Source of the DNA: Eledone cirrhosa
Lineage: Eukaryota
NCBI GenBank assembly: GCA_964016885.1
Contig: OZ024755.1
Location: 3,100,001 to 3,164,000, forward strand
Length of the DNA: 64,000 bases
Reading direction: 5' to 3'
The position numbers were made by a program, and so were the translations under genes. Below the pieces are notes generated by a model that ran no database searches, was not told the origin of the DNA, and saw nothing but the letters and a program-made list of their open reading frames with translations. This document shows, one piece after another, positions 14,388-27,481 of this stretch (the first letter of the stretch is position 1; each line of letters begins with the position of its first letter).

Positions 14388-14830
14388 TCGAGGTTAGCTT
14401 CACCTTTCGTATTAATCGATTTAATCGACTTTCCCTTCTACCTAAAAATTGTTAGCCTTGTGCCTAAATCAAAAACCAATATTATTTTTAGTAGTAGTAG
14501 TAGTAGTAGTAGGGCGGTGGATTGGCAGTATCGGTAGAGGGTCGGACACCATGCTTTGCAGCATAGAGTTACGTCCCTTTACGGACTGAGTTCAAATCCC
14601 ACCGAGGTTAATTTTGCCTTTCATCCTTACAGGGTCGATAAAATAAAGTACCAGTCAGACACTGGGGTCGATTTAATAGACTTTCCCCTCCCCAAAATTG
14701 CTGGCCTTGTGCCTATATAAGAAACCATTATTATTAATAGTAGGACGGTGGATTGACAGTATCGGTAGAGCGTCAGACAACATGCTTTGTGGCATAGAGT
14801 TACGGCCCTTAACATTCTGATTTCAAATCA
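14388..14830 (+). mobile_element. Head-to-tail cluster of three group A SINEs; full copy at 14512-14736
   Basis: Head GGGCGGTGGATTGGCAGTATCGGTAGAG, B-box GAGTTCAAATCCC, core GTCGATAAAATAAAGTACCAG, tail GGCCTTGTGCC...GAAACC(ATT)n. Confidence 0.9.
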
Positions 14831-15077
14831 AATTCTTAATATCAGTGCAATGTTGTTTCAATGACGACAGATGACCTTAGGCCTTCTTCATCAAATCTGA
14901 CCTGTGGTTAAACACCACCACCACCACCACCAACAACATTTTTTGACCCACCATTGACCTGTGGTTAAACACTACCACCACTAACACCACCACCATCACT
15001 ATTGTACCACCAGACAGTGATCTATACATAATTACCTCTGTGTACCAAAATAACACTATTATCAACTACCTCTTCCC

Positions 15078-15570
15078 TACCACCACCACCATCACCACCA
15101 CCACCATCACCGTCAACACCACCACCATCACCGTCAACACCACCACCATCACCACCACCACCACCACCACCACCTCTACCACCACCTCTACCACCACCAC
15201 CACCACCTCTACCACCACCACCACCACCACCACCACCACCACCACCACCACCTCTACCACCACCACCACCACCACCACCTCTACCACCACCACCACCACC
15301 ACCACCACCACCTCTACCACCACCACCACCACCACCACCACCACCTCTAGCACCACCTCTACCACCACCACCACCACCACCACCTCTACCACCACCACCA
15401 CCACCACCACCACCACCACCACCACCACCACTACCACCACCACCACCACTACTACCACCACCACCACCACCACCACCACCATCACCACCACCATCACCAC
15501 CACCACTACCACCACCACCACCACCACCACCACCACCACCCCCACCACTACTACCACCACCACCACCACA
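15078..15570. repeat. (ACC)n microsatellite
   Basis: Direct reading; source of the poly-T/G/V ORFs. Confidence 0.97.
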
Positions 15571-15722
15571 ATAATTACTACAACAATAATCTAGCAATTA
15601 TTTTGCAGTGAAATTACTTGGCAATTTGATGAACTCATTAATGATAATACGTACTGGTTGACCTTTGGCTGCAGCAGTAGCGTTGGCGTTGGTGTGTGTC
15701 TGGTGGAATGTATGTATGTATG

Positions 15723-15790
<68 letters not shown>

Positions 15791-15793
<3 letters not shown>

Positions 15794-15993
15794 ACAGATT
15801 AAAGTTTAATCAAAGAATCGCTGCTTTCACCCTGAACGGGATCTTCAGAAGATGTTTTTTACACGTCTTTTTAAATGTATGTAAACTCCCCTCTTTCTAT
15901 TTGTCCCAATCTTTGATGCCTGGGTGGCAAATAAATAGAAGATCCCATTAAGGGTGAAAGCAGCGATTCTTTGCTTAAACTTTAATCTGTTAT
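15791..15993. mobile_element. Hammerhead-bearing fold-back (Penelope-like relic) with a LINE 3' fragment inserted at its tip
   Basis: Arms 15791-15846 and 15938-15993; the insert matches the reverse complement of 16632-16722. Confidence 0.75.
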
Positions 15994-16339
15994 TTTAATA
16001 AATATTTGCTCTTCAGTTCTTATATATTTGATATATATTTATCCTTATCGAGCTCTCTCTGGATTTTAGTCTTCAAATTTATTATTATTACTATATACAG
16101 TATATATATATAGGAAAAGAGTCAGGACCCCGAAGGCTGAGCTCCGGCCGTTTCGACAGCTAGATCCGAATATATACCGTGTATGTATACATGGGCTGGG
16201 GGTGGGAACTGGGAAGCCGTGTGTGTGTGTCACCCACACCAATAATTATATTTTTCTCCCCAAACTAACAAAACAGACATCTATTTAGATATGCGCTACA
16301 GTTTGTGTACATTTTATGTAGAGACAGATAGAATAGATA

Positions 16340-16629
16340 GATATAGAGATGGGGAGAGTTTCGTGCTAATACATATAGAGAGGGGGATTGAAAGAGAGTA
16401 CCGTGTAGTAGATATAGAGAGGGGGAGAGTTTGGTGCCAATACATATAGAGGGGGGGATTGAAAGCGAGTGCCGTGCAGTAGATATAGAGATGGGGAGAG
16501 TTTCGTGCTAATACATATAGAGAGGGGGATTGAAAGAGAGTACCGTGTAGTAGATATAGAGAGGGGGAGAGTTTGGTGCCAATACATATAGAGAGGGGGA
16601 TTGAAAGCGAGTGCCGTGCAGTAGATATA
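16340..16629. repeat. ~71-bp minisatellite with ABAB higher-order structure
   Basis: A units (TTTCGTGCTAATAC, GAGAGTACC) alternate with B units (TTTGGTGCCAATAC, GCGAGTGCC). Confidence 0.92.
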
Positions 16630-16631
16630 AA

Positions 16632-16877
16632 TTTCTATTTATTTGCCACCAGGGCATCAAAGATTGGGACAAATACAAAAGGGGGGAGTTTACATACATT
16701 TCAAAAGACGTGTAAAAAACATATAATAAATTAAATTTAACAATCGATGTCCTCAATAGGGAGGGGCGTTGACATGGGTCGCACACACCCCCGAAAAAAA
16801 TGTGCGACCCTCCTCTTCAGGAGCACAAAGAGCGGGTGCTCCCTTCCTCTCCTCCTCCTTCTTCTCCTTTCTCACCT
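16632..16877 (-). mobile_element. L1/Tx1-type LINE 3' UTR fragment
   Basis: Near-identical to 28925-29244, which abuts an ORF2-like C-terminus; ends GGTGGCAAATAAATAGAA on the minus strand. Confidence 0.7.
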
Positions 16878-17468
16878 CTTGGAAGAGAGTGCTGTGTAGT
16901 AGATATGGAGAGGAGGAGTTTGCTGTTAATTGATATACAGAGAGGGATTAAAAGAGAGTTTTGTGTGAGAGACTTAAAGAGAAGAGTTTGGTAGCACTCT
17001 TGGGTTTCAAGTAATAAGAGAGGTGGAAATAATGGGGGGTACCAGTAATTGTAGAGTGTAGGTTCGTAAATATAGGATTTCTTGTAATGTTCTTCTTTTG
17101 TCATATATGTTTTTTTTATTATATCGACCCCGAGGTTAACTTTGCCTTTCATCCTTACGGGGTCGATAAATTAAAGTACCAGTAATACACTGGGGTAATA
17201 GCTGGCCTTGTGCCAAAAGAAGAAACAATTATTAGATTCTCCAGCTGCTGTATCAATATAAATCACTTACGATAAAATTTCACCGGAGATTAGCAAAATT
17301 TAATAAGCGGGTGGGGGTGGAATAAAATCCGGGATGTGGGTGGAATCTGACAAATTAATAAGCGGGGGGTGGTGACGATTTTTCAAGGACTGAGAGTACG
17401 TGAATTATTGACGGCCGTAAGAATGAAAACTCAATACCGAAGTAGAATTTAAACATACATATATTATA

Positions 17469-17576
17469 GCTAAGCCTTGTTACTCTGAAGTCTCACCTGT
17501 GTACTCACAAGATCATCAGACAAGACTGGTCATCCTGTGAGTATGCAGGTGAAACTTAAGAGTAATGAAGCTCAGC
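17469..17576. mobile_element. Imperfect hairpin, probable MITE
   Basis: ~51-bp arms with ~10 mismatches and an ACAAGA loop; its centre recurs at 57707-57729. Confidence 0.6.
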
Positions 17577-17656
17577 AATAGCCATAAGAAACGAATATAT
17601 ATAGTTGAAATTGAATGAACGAAACACAGAAGGCAATAATACACAGTTGTATTAGG

Positions 17657-17703
<47 letters not shown>

Positions 17704-17706
17704 AAA

Positions 17707-17797
17707 GAATGACTTCACTTGTAGTTCTAAATAATTTGATTTAATTTTATAATATAAAATTAAATCAAATTATTTAGAACTACAAGTGAAGTCATTC
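17707..17797. repeat. Perfect palindrome, 45-bp arms, 1-nt spacer
   Basis: GAATGACTTCACTTGTAGTTCTAAATAATTTGATTTAATTTTATA-A-reverse complement; (TA)n on both sides. Confidence 0.97.
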
Positions 17798-17865
17798 CCT
17801 TTTTTTCAAATATACCTAACTGTACCAAGAATCTCACACATTTTCAAATATATATATATATATTA

Positions 17866-18368
17866 ATTATTTACTCTTGTTTGGCCAGAGGTGTTTATTT
17901 CCAGGTACCTTATGAATTTGACTTTCCGTATTTATTATTGTTGTGAAATGTTGGGGTTTTTTTTTTTGTTGTAACTTCTCTGTTTTTTAGCCTAAGAAAA
18001 TATATATATGTATATAATTACATGCATACATTTATTTTCTTTAATTAATTGAGTTCTTTACACGAGGAATTGATATTAGTTTTGAAATAACTAATTAACC
18101 CGCGTGTGTTTTATATTTTACTCTTAATTCGGCCGGAGATTTACATTCCCATTTGCCCTTTAAAGCATAACTTTCTGTATTTACTGCGGTTATGAGATGC
18201 GGTTCTTATTCGGGTACAACTTCTGATTTTAGCCTAAGAAAATATCTATATGCGTGTGTAATTTATACACGCATATATTTATTTTTTTTTATTTTCAATT
18301 GAGTTCTTAACACGTTGGATTGATAATGTGTTCGAAAAAATTAATTAACCCGCGTGTATATTATTTTT
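17866..18368. repeat. Old ~245-bp tandem duplication
   Basis: TAGCCTAAGAAAATAT at 17988 and 18230; TAATTAACCCGCGTGT at 18092 and 18342. Confidence 0.85.
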
Positions 18369-19758
18369 TCCTCCTTTCGTGGATCGTAGTTGTCTCCCCT
18401 TCCCGCTTTGTGTCGCTATGATACTTCCTCAGTCAAAAAGTGCTGGAATTCAAATTTCGCGGTCATTCGATGCGAGAAGGAGCAACTTAAGACACGATTT
18501 TTGACTGCGGTAAGAATTTCTTTCTTATATCAAAGTTTAATGGGCTTCCACTGATGATTTATAAACGCCCACCTAAATATATTCTTACATGAATATATAT
18601 TAGGCTTCTACATAAACTGGAAATATTCTCCCAACTTGTAGAAAACTTATAATGAAACAATTGTTTGGAAAGAGAGATATACTTTAACTTTAATTATATC
18701 TCATAAAATAATACAACTGGTTTTTCCACATTATACATATTGTTAGCACCCCAAACACTTAAATTGGGTTTATATTTAAATATAACCTAATGTTTGTTGA
18801 GTGAGATGGTTACCAGTCAGAGTTTAGCTTTAAACTATCTCTGTTATTGTATTAAATATATATATATATATATATATATAGTAGATGAATAATTTGAGTA
18901 TAATACCAATTTCTTACCAAATGCAAAGAATCTCGATGTATTAACCCCTTAGGAAATGGTACAGAGCATTATTTTTAATAATATATAGCATTTTTTTAAA
19001 TAATATACAGGATCAAAACACATTCATGGATATGCGCTACAATTTATGTACATGTTATGTTTATCGCATATCTAAGTTTTCTGACCATTTTAGAGTGAAA
19101 AGAGCTAAACTAATCACTCCAACTAAATAGTTCAAATCTGCCCCCACCGCCCAATTCAGAAATGCTTCCACCTCCCCTGATATATATATATATATATAGA
19201 GAGAGATATATATATAAAGAGGGATGGATAGTTAGAAAGAAAGAAAGAGATAACTAGATAGGTAGATAGATAGATGGATGGATGAAACAAATATTAAGAC
19301 GGGATGAAATATAAGCAAAATTTATTTCTCATAAGATAGAAATATGTGGTGAGGTGAGTCAATTTGTGGTGTGGTGTGGGTTGGAGTGGCGGTGATGGTA
19401 AGGTATGGGGTTACTGAGGCGGGTGATGTGTAGGGGATACATATATGTCATCCTCACCACACCACATATCCTCTTGGAGAAGGGTGAAGACGTTCTATGC
19501 TTAATCGTGAGGATTAATGTTATGGTAAATTCAATATAAAAAGTTCACGGTGAGTGGTTTTTTGTGAAGATTTGCCAGATGTAGATTCTGGAAAAATAAT
19601 TTATAGAATTACCTGTGGGTAACGGTGGGGGTTAGGGTGGTAGGTGTTTGAAATTTAAGGTATATTACCAAAGAGATGTGTTAAAGAAAACATGTTACTA
19701 TTGTAGAGAATATGTGGTACGGATCTATATACATACACACATACACACTAACACACAC

Positions 19759-19807
<49 letters not shown>

Positions 19808-19925
19808 TATATTTACAGGGGAGCGACTATACATTCCTATTAGATTTCCTTAATATATATAAATATACATTATTATATTATCATTATATATACATACATT
19901 AATGTACTCACACATATTATGTGTG

Positions 19926-19956
<31 letters not shown>

Positions 19957-20141
19957 ATATATATTTATATATGTGTGTGTATATATATATATAATATAAT
20001 ATATATATATATCCTAGCATAGTACCAGTCAAATATATCGGAGTTTCGTTTCAATACTGCATGTTATAGTATCTTCTGTATTTATACCATTATTGGTGGT
20101 GTGTATATATATACATATAATATATATATATATATATATAG

Positions 20142-20182
<41 letters not shown>

Positions 20183-20184
<2 letters not shown>

Positions 20185-20376
20185 CGAAGGAAATGTGGTA
20201 AGGAACCAGGTGGACCATAACGCACCAAAGTACTCAATACTTAGGGTATTAGAGTGGGTAATAGGAACAAGTAAGACCCCGACGGCTGAGCTCAAGCCGT
20301 TTCGACGGCTAATTCTGTACTGAATTAGCCGTCGAAACGGCTTGAGCTCAGCCGTCGGGGTCTTACTTGTTCCTAT
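20183..20376. mobile_element. Penelope-like pLTR relic ending in a perfect 55-bp-arm palindrome
   Basis: Arms 20261-20315 and 20322-20376; same family at ~16110-16168, ~45918-46060 and ~59975-60080; contains GAAACGGC...GCCGTC, a hammerhead 3' half. Confidence 0.7.
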
Positions 20377-20435
20377 ATATATATATATATATTTACTTTT
20401 TTATCTGTTCCAGCCATCAATATATATATATATAT

Positions 20436-20713
20436 ATATTGTTATACTTGGGGAGGGTCATATTGTTGTAATAATATTGCCAGAAATAATAACAGAACAC
20501 ACTCACTTTTGGGGTGCTTTTTGCTTCTGTGTCTTTTATATCTCCATAGTTAATTTATTTGGCCATCAAAAACTGAATTAACATTAATTGCCAAGTAAAT
20601 TAACTATGGAGATATAAAAGATACAGAAGCGAAAACCAACCAAACAGTGTGTTCTGTTATTATTTCTGGCAATATTATTACAACAACATGACCCTCCCCA
20701 AGTATAACAATAT
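20436..20713. repeat. Inverted repeat, ~125-bp arms, 26-nt spacer
   Basis: 20436-20563 versus 20590-20713; the arm start also matches 29998-30023. Confidence 0.9.
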
Positions 20714-20767
20714 TTGTTTGGACACACGATTTCATATCAAAAACCTTGCAAAACAAATTCATCGCCG

Positions 20768-20806
<39 letters not shown>

Positions 20807-20814
20807 TATATGTG

Positions 20815-20852
<38 letters not shown>

Positions 20853-20860
20853 TATATGTG

Positions 20861-20898
<38 letters not shown>

Positions 20899-21055
20899 TA
20901 TATGTGTATATATATGTATATATGTGTATATATATGTATATATATATATATATATGTAATATGTATATATATATATATATATATAAGAAAAAAAGATGAA
21001 ATCGAAAATGCAACTGGAGTCTTATTTTTTAAAAAATATATATATTTATTTGGTT

Positions 21056-21093
21056 CCTTTACCGGTTTCGCAGTTCTTCTGCCTTTCAAAAGT
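21056..21093 (-). ncRNA. Variant hammerhead-like motif
   Basis: Minus strand CUU-UUGAAAG-GCAG-AAGAA-CUGC-GAAACCGGUA-AAGG; helices present, 5' core non-canonical. Confidence 0.4.
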
Positions 21094-21679
21094 AGAGTTG
21101 AGATGGAGGGTCTGTGGTTTTTCTCACATGTATGTATATATATATATATATATGTAATATATGTGTATATGTATATATATATATATATGTAATATATGTG
21201 TATATATATATATATGTATATGTTATATATATATATATTATTATATATATATATATATGTATATGTTATATATATATGTATATGTTATATATATATATAT
21301 ATTATTATATATGTATATATGTATATGTTATATATATATATATGTTATATATATATATATTATTATATATGTATGTTATATATATATATATATATTATTA
21401 TATATGTATATATGTGTGTTATATATATATATATATATTATTATATATGTATATATGTGTATGTTATATATATATATATATATTATTATATATGTATATA
21501 TGTATATGTTATATATATATATATATATTATTATATATGTATATATGTATATGTTATATATATATTATTATATATGTATATGTTAAATATATATATTATT
21601 ATATATATGTATGTTAAATATATATATTATTATATATGTATATGTTATATATATATATTATTATATATATATATTATTA

Positions 21680-21732
<53 letters not shown>

Positions 21733-22450
21733 TGATACATGTACGTGTTTGTGCAATTACAAATTATCGCGTCAACACCCACACACATCAACTCACACAT
21801 ACACACACACATCAACTCACACATACACACACACATACACACACACATGCACTGAACGCTTTTTCATGTGCATTTAATTTGTACAGCCATTGGTGTAACA
21901 GCGTCTTTAGTAAACACTGCAGCTTCGTGAACGACTTTTGAACAAACCAGAACCGAATGCACTCTACTTGAAATATACACTTACATATCATATCTCTTTT
22001 CTCTGCCTGGCCTGGCACACACTCACACATCTACACACACACACACACACTCACACATCTACATACACACACACACACACACATATATATATAATGGTTA
22101 TACACAAACACAACTTCTCACATAGGCACACATATATAATGGTCACACATGTAAGCAAACTTTACACACATCTACACAAACTTTACACACATCTACACAT
22201 AAACACACTGCACACTACAACAAAACACATAATCACAGGTACACGCGTTTATAAAACACACACACACAACTACAAATATAGGCTCACATATATATACACA
22301 CACTTGATATATATGGGCGGAAACATGGCCTTTTTGTTTAGGATTTTTAGTTAGCAAGTACTACATGGTTCCATGTTTGATCTCACTCAGCAGCACCTTG
22401 ACCAAGTATCATCTAGCGTAGACTTGTGTTGATGAAAGTACCCTTGAAAC

Positions 22451-23190
22451 GATGAAAGCCTTGCCTTGAGACGATGAAAGCCTTGCCTTGAGTCGATGAA
22501 AGCCTTGCCTTGAGTCGATGAAAGCCTTGCCTTGAGTCGATGAAAGCCTTGCCTTGAGTCGATGAAAGCCTTGCCTTGAGTCGATGAAAGCCTTGCCTTG
22601 AGTCGATGAAAGCCTTGCCTTGAGTCGATGAAAGCCTTGCCTTGAGTCGATGAAAGCCTTGCCTTGAGTCGATGAAAACCTTGCCTTGAGTCGATGAAAG
22701 CCTTGCCTTGAGTCGATGAAAGCCTTGCCTTGAGTCGATGAAAGCCTTGCCTTGAGTCGATGAAAGCCTTGCCTTGAGTCGATGAAAACCTTGCCTTGAG
22801 TCGATGAAAACCTTGCCTTGAGTCGATGAAAACCTTGCCTTGAGTCGATGAAAACCTTGCCTTGAGTCGATGAAAACCTTGCCTTGAGTCGATGAAAACC
22901 TTGCCTTGAGTCGATGAAAACCTTGCCTTGAGTCGATGAAAACCTTGCCTTGAGTCGATGAAAACCTTGCCTTGAGTCGATGAAAACCTTGCCTTGAGTC
23001 GATGAAAACCTTGCCTTGAGTCGATGAAAACCTTGCCTTGAGTCGATGAAAACCTTGCCTTGAGTCGATGAAAACCTTGCCTTGAGTCGATGAAAACCTT
23101 GCCTTGAGTCGATGAAAACCTTGCCTTGAGTCGATGAAAACCTTGCCTTGAGTCGATGAAAACCTTGCCTTGAGACGATGAAACCCTTGC
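22451..23190. repeat. 22-bp minisatellite, ~33 copies
   Basis: Unit GATGAAA(G/A)CCTTGCCTTGAGTC. Confidence 0.98.
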
Positions 23191-23191
23191 C

Positions 23192-23492
23192 AGTGGTATT
23201 TGGTTAATGACAATGGTATGGCAGTCATTTGGACGTCGGATAGAATGCTTCGTAGTATTTGTTCCTGTTCTCTGCTCTTTGAGTCCAAACCTGCGTTTCA
23301 TCCAATTTAGGTCGATAAAAAAAGTACCAGTATTCGTTTCGACTCTTTGCTCTCTCAGTTCAAATCCTACCGAGGTCCATTTTATCGTTCATCCATTTAA
23401 GGTCGATAAAGAAAGTACCATTCTAGTACTGGGGTCGCTGTTTTGTCTATATCCCTTTCTCACTCTCTATCCTTCTCTGGAAGAAATCTGCT
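23192..23492 (+). mobile_element. Group A SINE variant with duplicated core
   Basis: GGTCGATAAA...AAAGTACCA occurs at ~23310 and ~23401; ends GAAGAAATCTGCTG like the copy at 60449-60870. Confidence 0.75.
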
Positions 23493-23674
23493 GTATTTTG
23501 ACATCAGGTTTAAATATAATAGAGGTGGTGTTGAGGGGGTGATGTGCGGTGGTGAGGTGGGTTGGTGTGTGAGGGTGGGGTTGGGGGTAGAAAATAAACA
23601 GATGGATATGAAGGATTTCCAGAGTTGTTTTTATTTTGGTGTGTGAGTATATATATGTATGCTTATCTGCATAC

Positions 23675-23706
<32 letters not shown>

Positions 23707-23914
23707 TACACACACACACACACATATGTATATATATATGTATGTACATATGTGTGTATATTTATTTATATATATATATATATGTATACGTATATATGTC
23801 TACCTCTATATGTATATATAGGTGTACACATATATATATATATACATGTTTATATATATATATACATGTTTATATATATATACACATGTTTATATATATA
23901 TATATACACATGTT

Positions 23915-23980
<66 letters not shown>

Positions 23981-24456
23981 TGTTTATGCGTACATATGTA
24001 TGCATATATATATATATATATATATATATAATGTATATATACATGTATAATAAGATACAGACTGATAAAGAAACAAAACAAAGATGTCTAGATAAGAAAA
24101 GAGAGATGTTGGGAAGAACCTAACAAAATGGAGGAAGAGAAATCTCGAGCCCAGTACACACAGATTAGCTTCATATGTTTCACACAGATATTATACATGA
24201 ATTTAGTTTTAAAGAAAAAAGGGAAAAACTTGCTCATGTGCATACATATTATAATGTAAATATTTATATAGATTCCGCTATACAAGCATAAATAATTATC
24301 TACTCAAAAATCCATTGATACACTTTAAATCCTGCGTATGTTCATAGACAAATATAACACAAACATACATGCAAACATACATACATACATGTGTGTGTGT
24401 GTGTGTGTGTGTATTTATATATATACATATATATTTATATTTGTGTGTTTATATAC

Positions 24457-24490
<34 letters not shown>

Positions 24491-24521
24491 TTATATTTGT
24501 GTGTTTATATACATGTGTGAG

Positions 24522-24553
<32 letters not shown>

Positions 24554-24842
24554 GTGTGTGTGTATTTATATGGGGCTGCCTTAAATATATATAAATATAT
24601 TTATATATATATATATATGTATGTATGAATGTGTATGTATATATATGTATGTATATATGTATATGTATGTATATGTATATATGTATGTGTATGTATATAT
24701 GTATGTATATATATATATATATATATATATGCATGTATGTATATGCAAAAAAAATAAACGGAAGCAACAAAGAGAACAACACAATACAACGAAGAAATAT
24801 ATTACTTTAACATTTGATATAGTAGGAAAGGAATCTTTACAT

Positions 24843-24878
24843 CTTTTACGTTTCGGACACAAATCTTTCATCAGAAAA
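24843..24878 (-). ncRNA. Minimal type I hammerhead-like motif in a Penelope-like fragment (~24745-24900)
   Basis: Minus strand UUUU-CUGAUGA-AAGAU-UUGU-GUCC-GAAAC-GUA-AAAG. Confidence 0.6.
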
Positions 24879-24968
24879 TGAAGTGAGAAACAAAAGATGA
24901 AATAGAAAGATAAAGAGAGATATGAAATAACTGATAAAAATGTTTATACCTAGACTATATATATATAT

Positions 24969-25013
<45 letters not shown>

Positions 25014-25109
25014 TACATATACACACACACACACAGGAAACTGCGTTTTCTTCCACGAAGCAGAAATATAAAAATAATAAATTTAAGTTGAAAATGGACT
25101 CGGAGTATG

Positions 25110-25156
<47 letters not shown>

Positions 25157-25171
25157 CTGTATGGTTGTATG

Positions 25172-25208
<37 letters not shown>

Positions 25209-25340
25209 ATATTCATGATGATGATGAGTTCACACTAGTATGAAATATATCATATTCATCTTGCATATATAAAAATATATATATACACATATATATATAT
25301 ATGTACACACACACACATATATTGTATGTATGTATGTATG

Positions 25341-25385
<45 letters not shown>

Positions 25386-25525
25386 ACAATGAGAATTAGC
25401 ATAGGTAAATATATATATGCACTCAGCGACCAGTTTATTAGCTTCAAAGATGTGTATGATTCTGTGGTTGTGTAGGTATAAATTCACACACACTCATATG
25501 TATGTATATATATATATACATACAT

Positions 25526-25566
<41 letters not shown>

Positions 25567-25704
25567 GTGTATGTGAATGTATCATACATGTATGTAGGTT
25601 ACTAATTTTATTTTCATAAACTTAAAAGTAAGAAGAAAAAATATACCTGGACACACCTATATAAACAGATAGGTATATCCAGGGAGAAAGAATAAGAATG
25701 AGTG

Positions 25705-25739
<35 letters not shown>

Positions 25740-25913
25740 CATACATACATACATATATATATACATATATATATATATACACACACACACATATATATAT
25801 ATATACATACACACATATATATATATATACATACACATATATATATATATATATATACATACACATATATATATATATATATATACACACACACCATATA
25901 TATATATATACAT

Positions 25914-25955
<42 letters not shown>

Positions 25956-26162
25956 GAATACATATATTTATATACATATGTATTTATATATATATATATA
26001 TTTTATGCACAGATACATACATATATTTATATATACATACATATATTTATATATACACATATATATATATACACATATATATATATTTATGCACATATAC
26101 ATACATATATTTATTTACATACATATATATATACATATATATATATATTTATTTATGCACAT

Positions 26163-26207
<45 letters not shown>

Positions 26208-26219
26208 CATAGATGTACT

Positions 26220-26259
<40 letters not shown>

Positions 26260-26594
26260 CATATACATAGATGTACTTATATATATATATATACGTATAT
26301 ATATATATATATACACATATACATACATATATTTATATACATATACAAATATATATTTATATACACCTATGTGTGTATGTGAGCAAGTATGTCCCCACGC
26401 TCCTCTATATCATGTGTGTATCAAACTACACACGTGTAAATACTTAAATTACATAGACACGGCCAACTTAGTTTACACGTATAAACATAGCTATCTGTAT
26501 AGATTTAGTTGAGATGTGTATGACAGTGGAACTAATTTACTGTGGGTCTGCTAAGGAATGGTTTTATCTGATAGCATCTGTCACTTTCTTTGCT

Positions 26595-26636
<42 letters not shown>

Positions 26637-26668
26637 AGGGGGTTTCCGAGTATATATAAATATATATA

Positions 26669-26705
<37 letters not shown>

Positions 26706-26838
26706 ACATTTGTGTATTTATATATATATATATACACATTTGTGTATTTATTTATATATATATATATACCTATGTACACATTTGTGTGTGTATATATGTA
26801 CACATTTGTGTGTGTATATATGTACACATTTGTGTGTG

Positions 26839-26883
<45 letters not shown>

Positions 26884-27128
26884 ATATATATACACATTTG
26901 TGTATTTATATATATATATATAGACACACATTTGTGTATTATATATATACACGTATAAGTATGTATGTGTGCCTGTTAAGTGTGTGCGCGCACGAGCGTG
27001 TACTGGAAAGATTTCCAAAAGAAAGTTCTTCAGGAAATTAAACTTGGTTGAGTCTCTCCAACACCAGGAACATCTCTCCAGTGTCTCTAGTACCTTCTTT
27101 AGCGAATGTAATATTAGAGGGTCAGGCG

Positions 27129-27177
<49 letters not shown>

Positions 27178-27297
27178 CCTATATATACATATATACACAC
27201 ATATATACACACATATATACTCATACATATATATATATATATATATATACATATATATATACATATATACATATATATACATACGCACAGACACACA

Positions 27298-27372
27298 CAG
27301 GGTGTCTCAAAAAATGTGTACTCATATTTATTAGAGCGCTGTTGGAGTATGTATACATTTTTGGGGAACACC

Positions 27373-27375
<3 letters not shown>
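27298..27375. mobile_element. Tc1/mariner-type MITE
   Basis: CAGGGTGT...ACACCCTG ends, TA on the right; relatives at 30990-31088 and 40888-40950. Confidence 0.75.
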
Positions 27376-27410
<35 letters not shown>

Positions 27411-27429
27411 GCATATATATATATATATA

Positions 27430-27481
<52 letters not shown>

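Noticed and set aside
12057-15597. His/Thr/Pro/Gly/Val-rich ORFs, also at 30277-31023 and 38878-39852
   Set aside because: Translations of (ACC)n/(GTG)n repeats with no splice or domain support.
17290-17398. Possible DNA-transposon end with two AATAAGCGGG motifs
   Set aside because: No partner terminus or target duplication found in the window.
22387-23301. 291-304 aa repetitive ORFs
   Set aside because: Read-through of a 22-bp tandem unit; the same peptide cycles through all frames.
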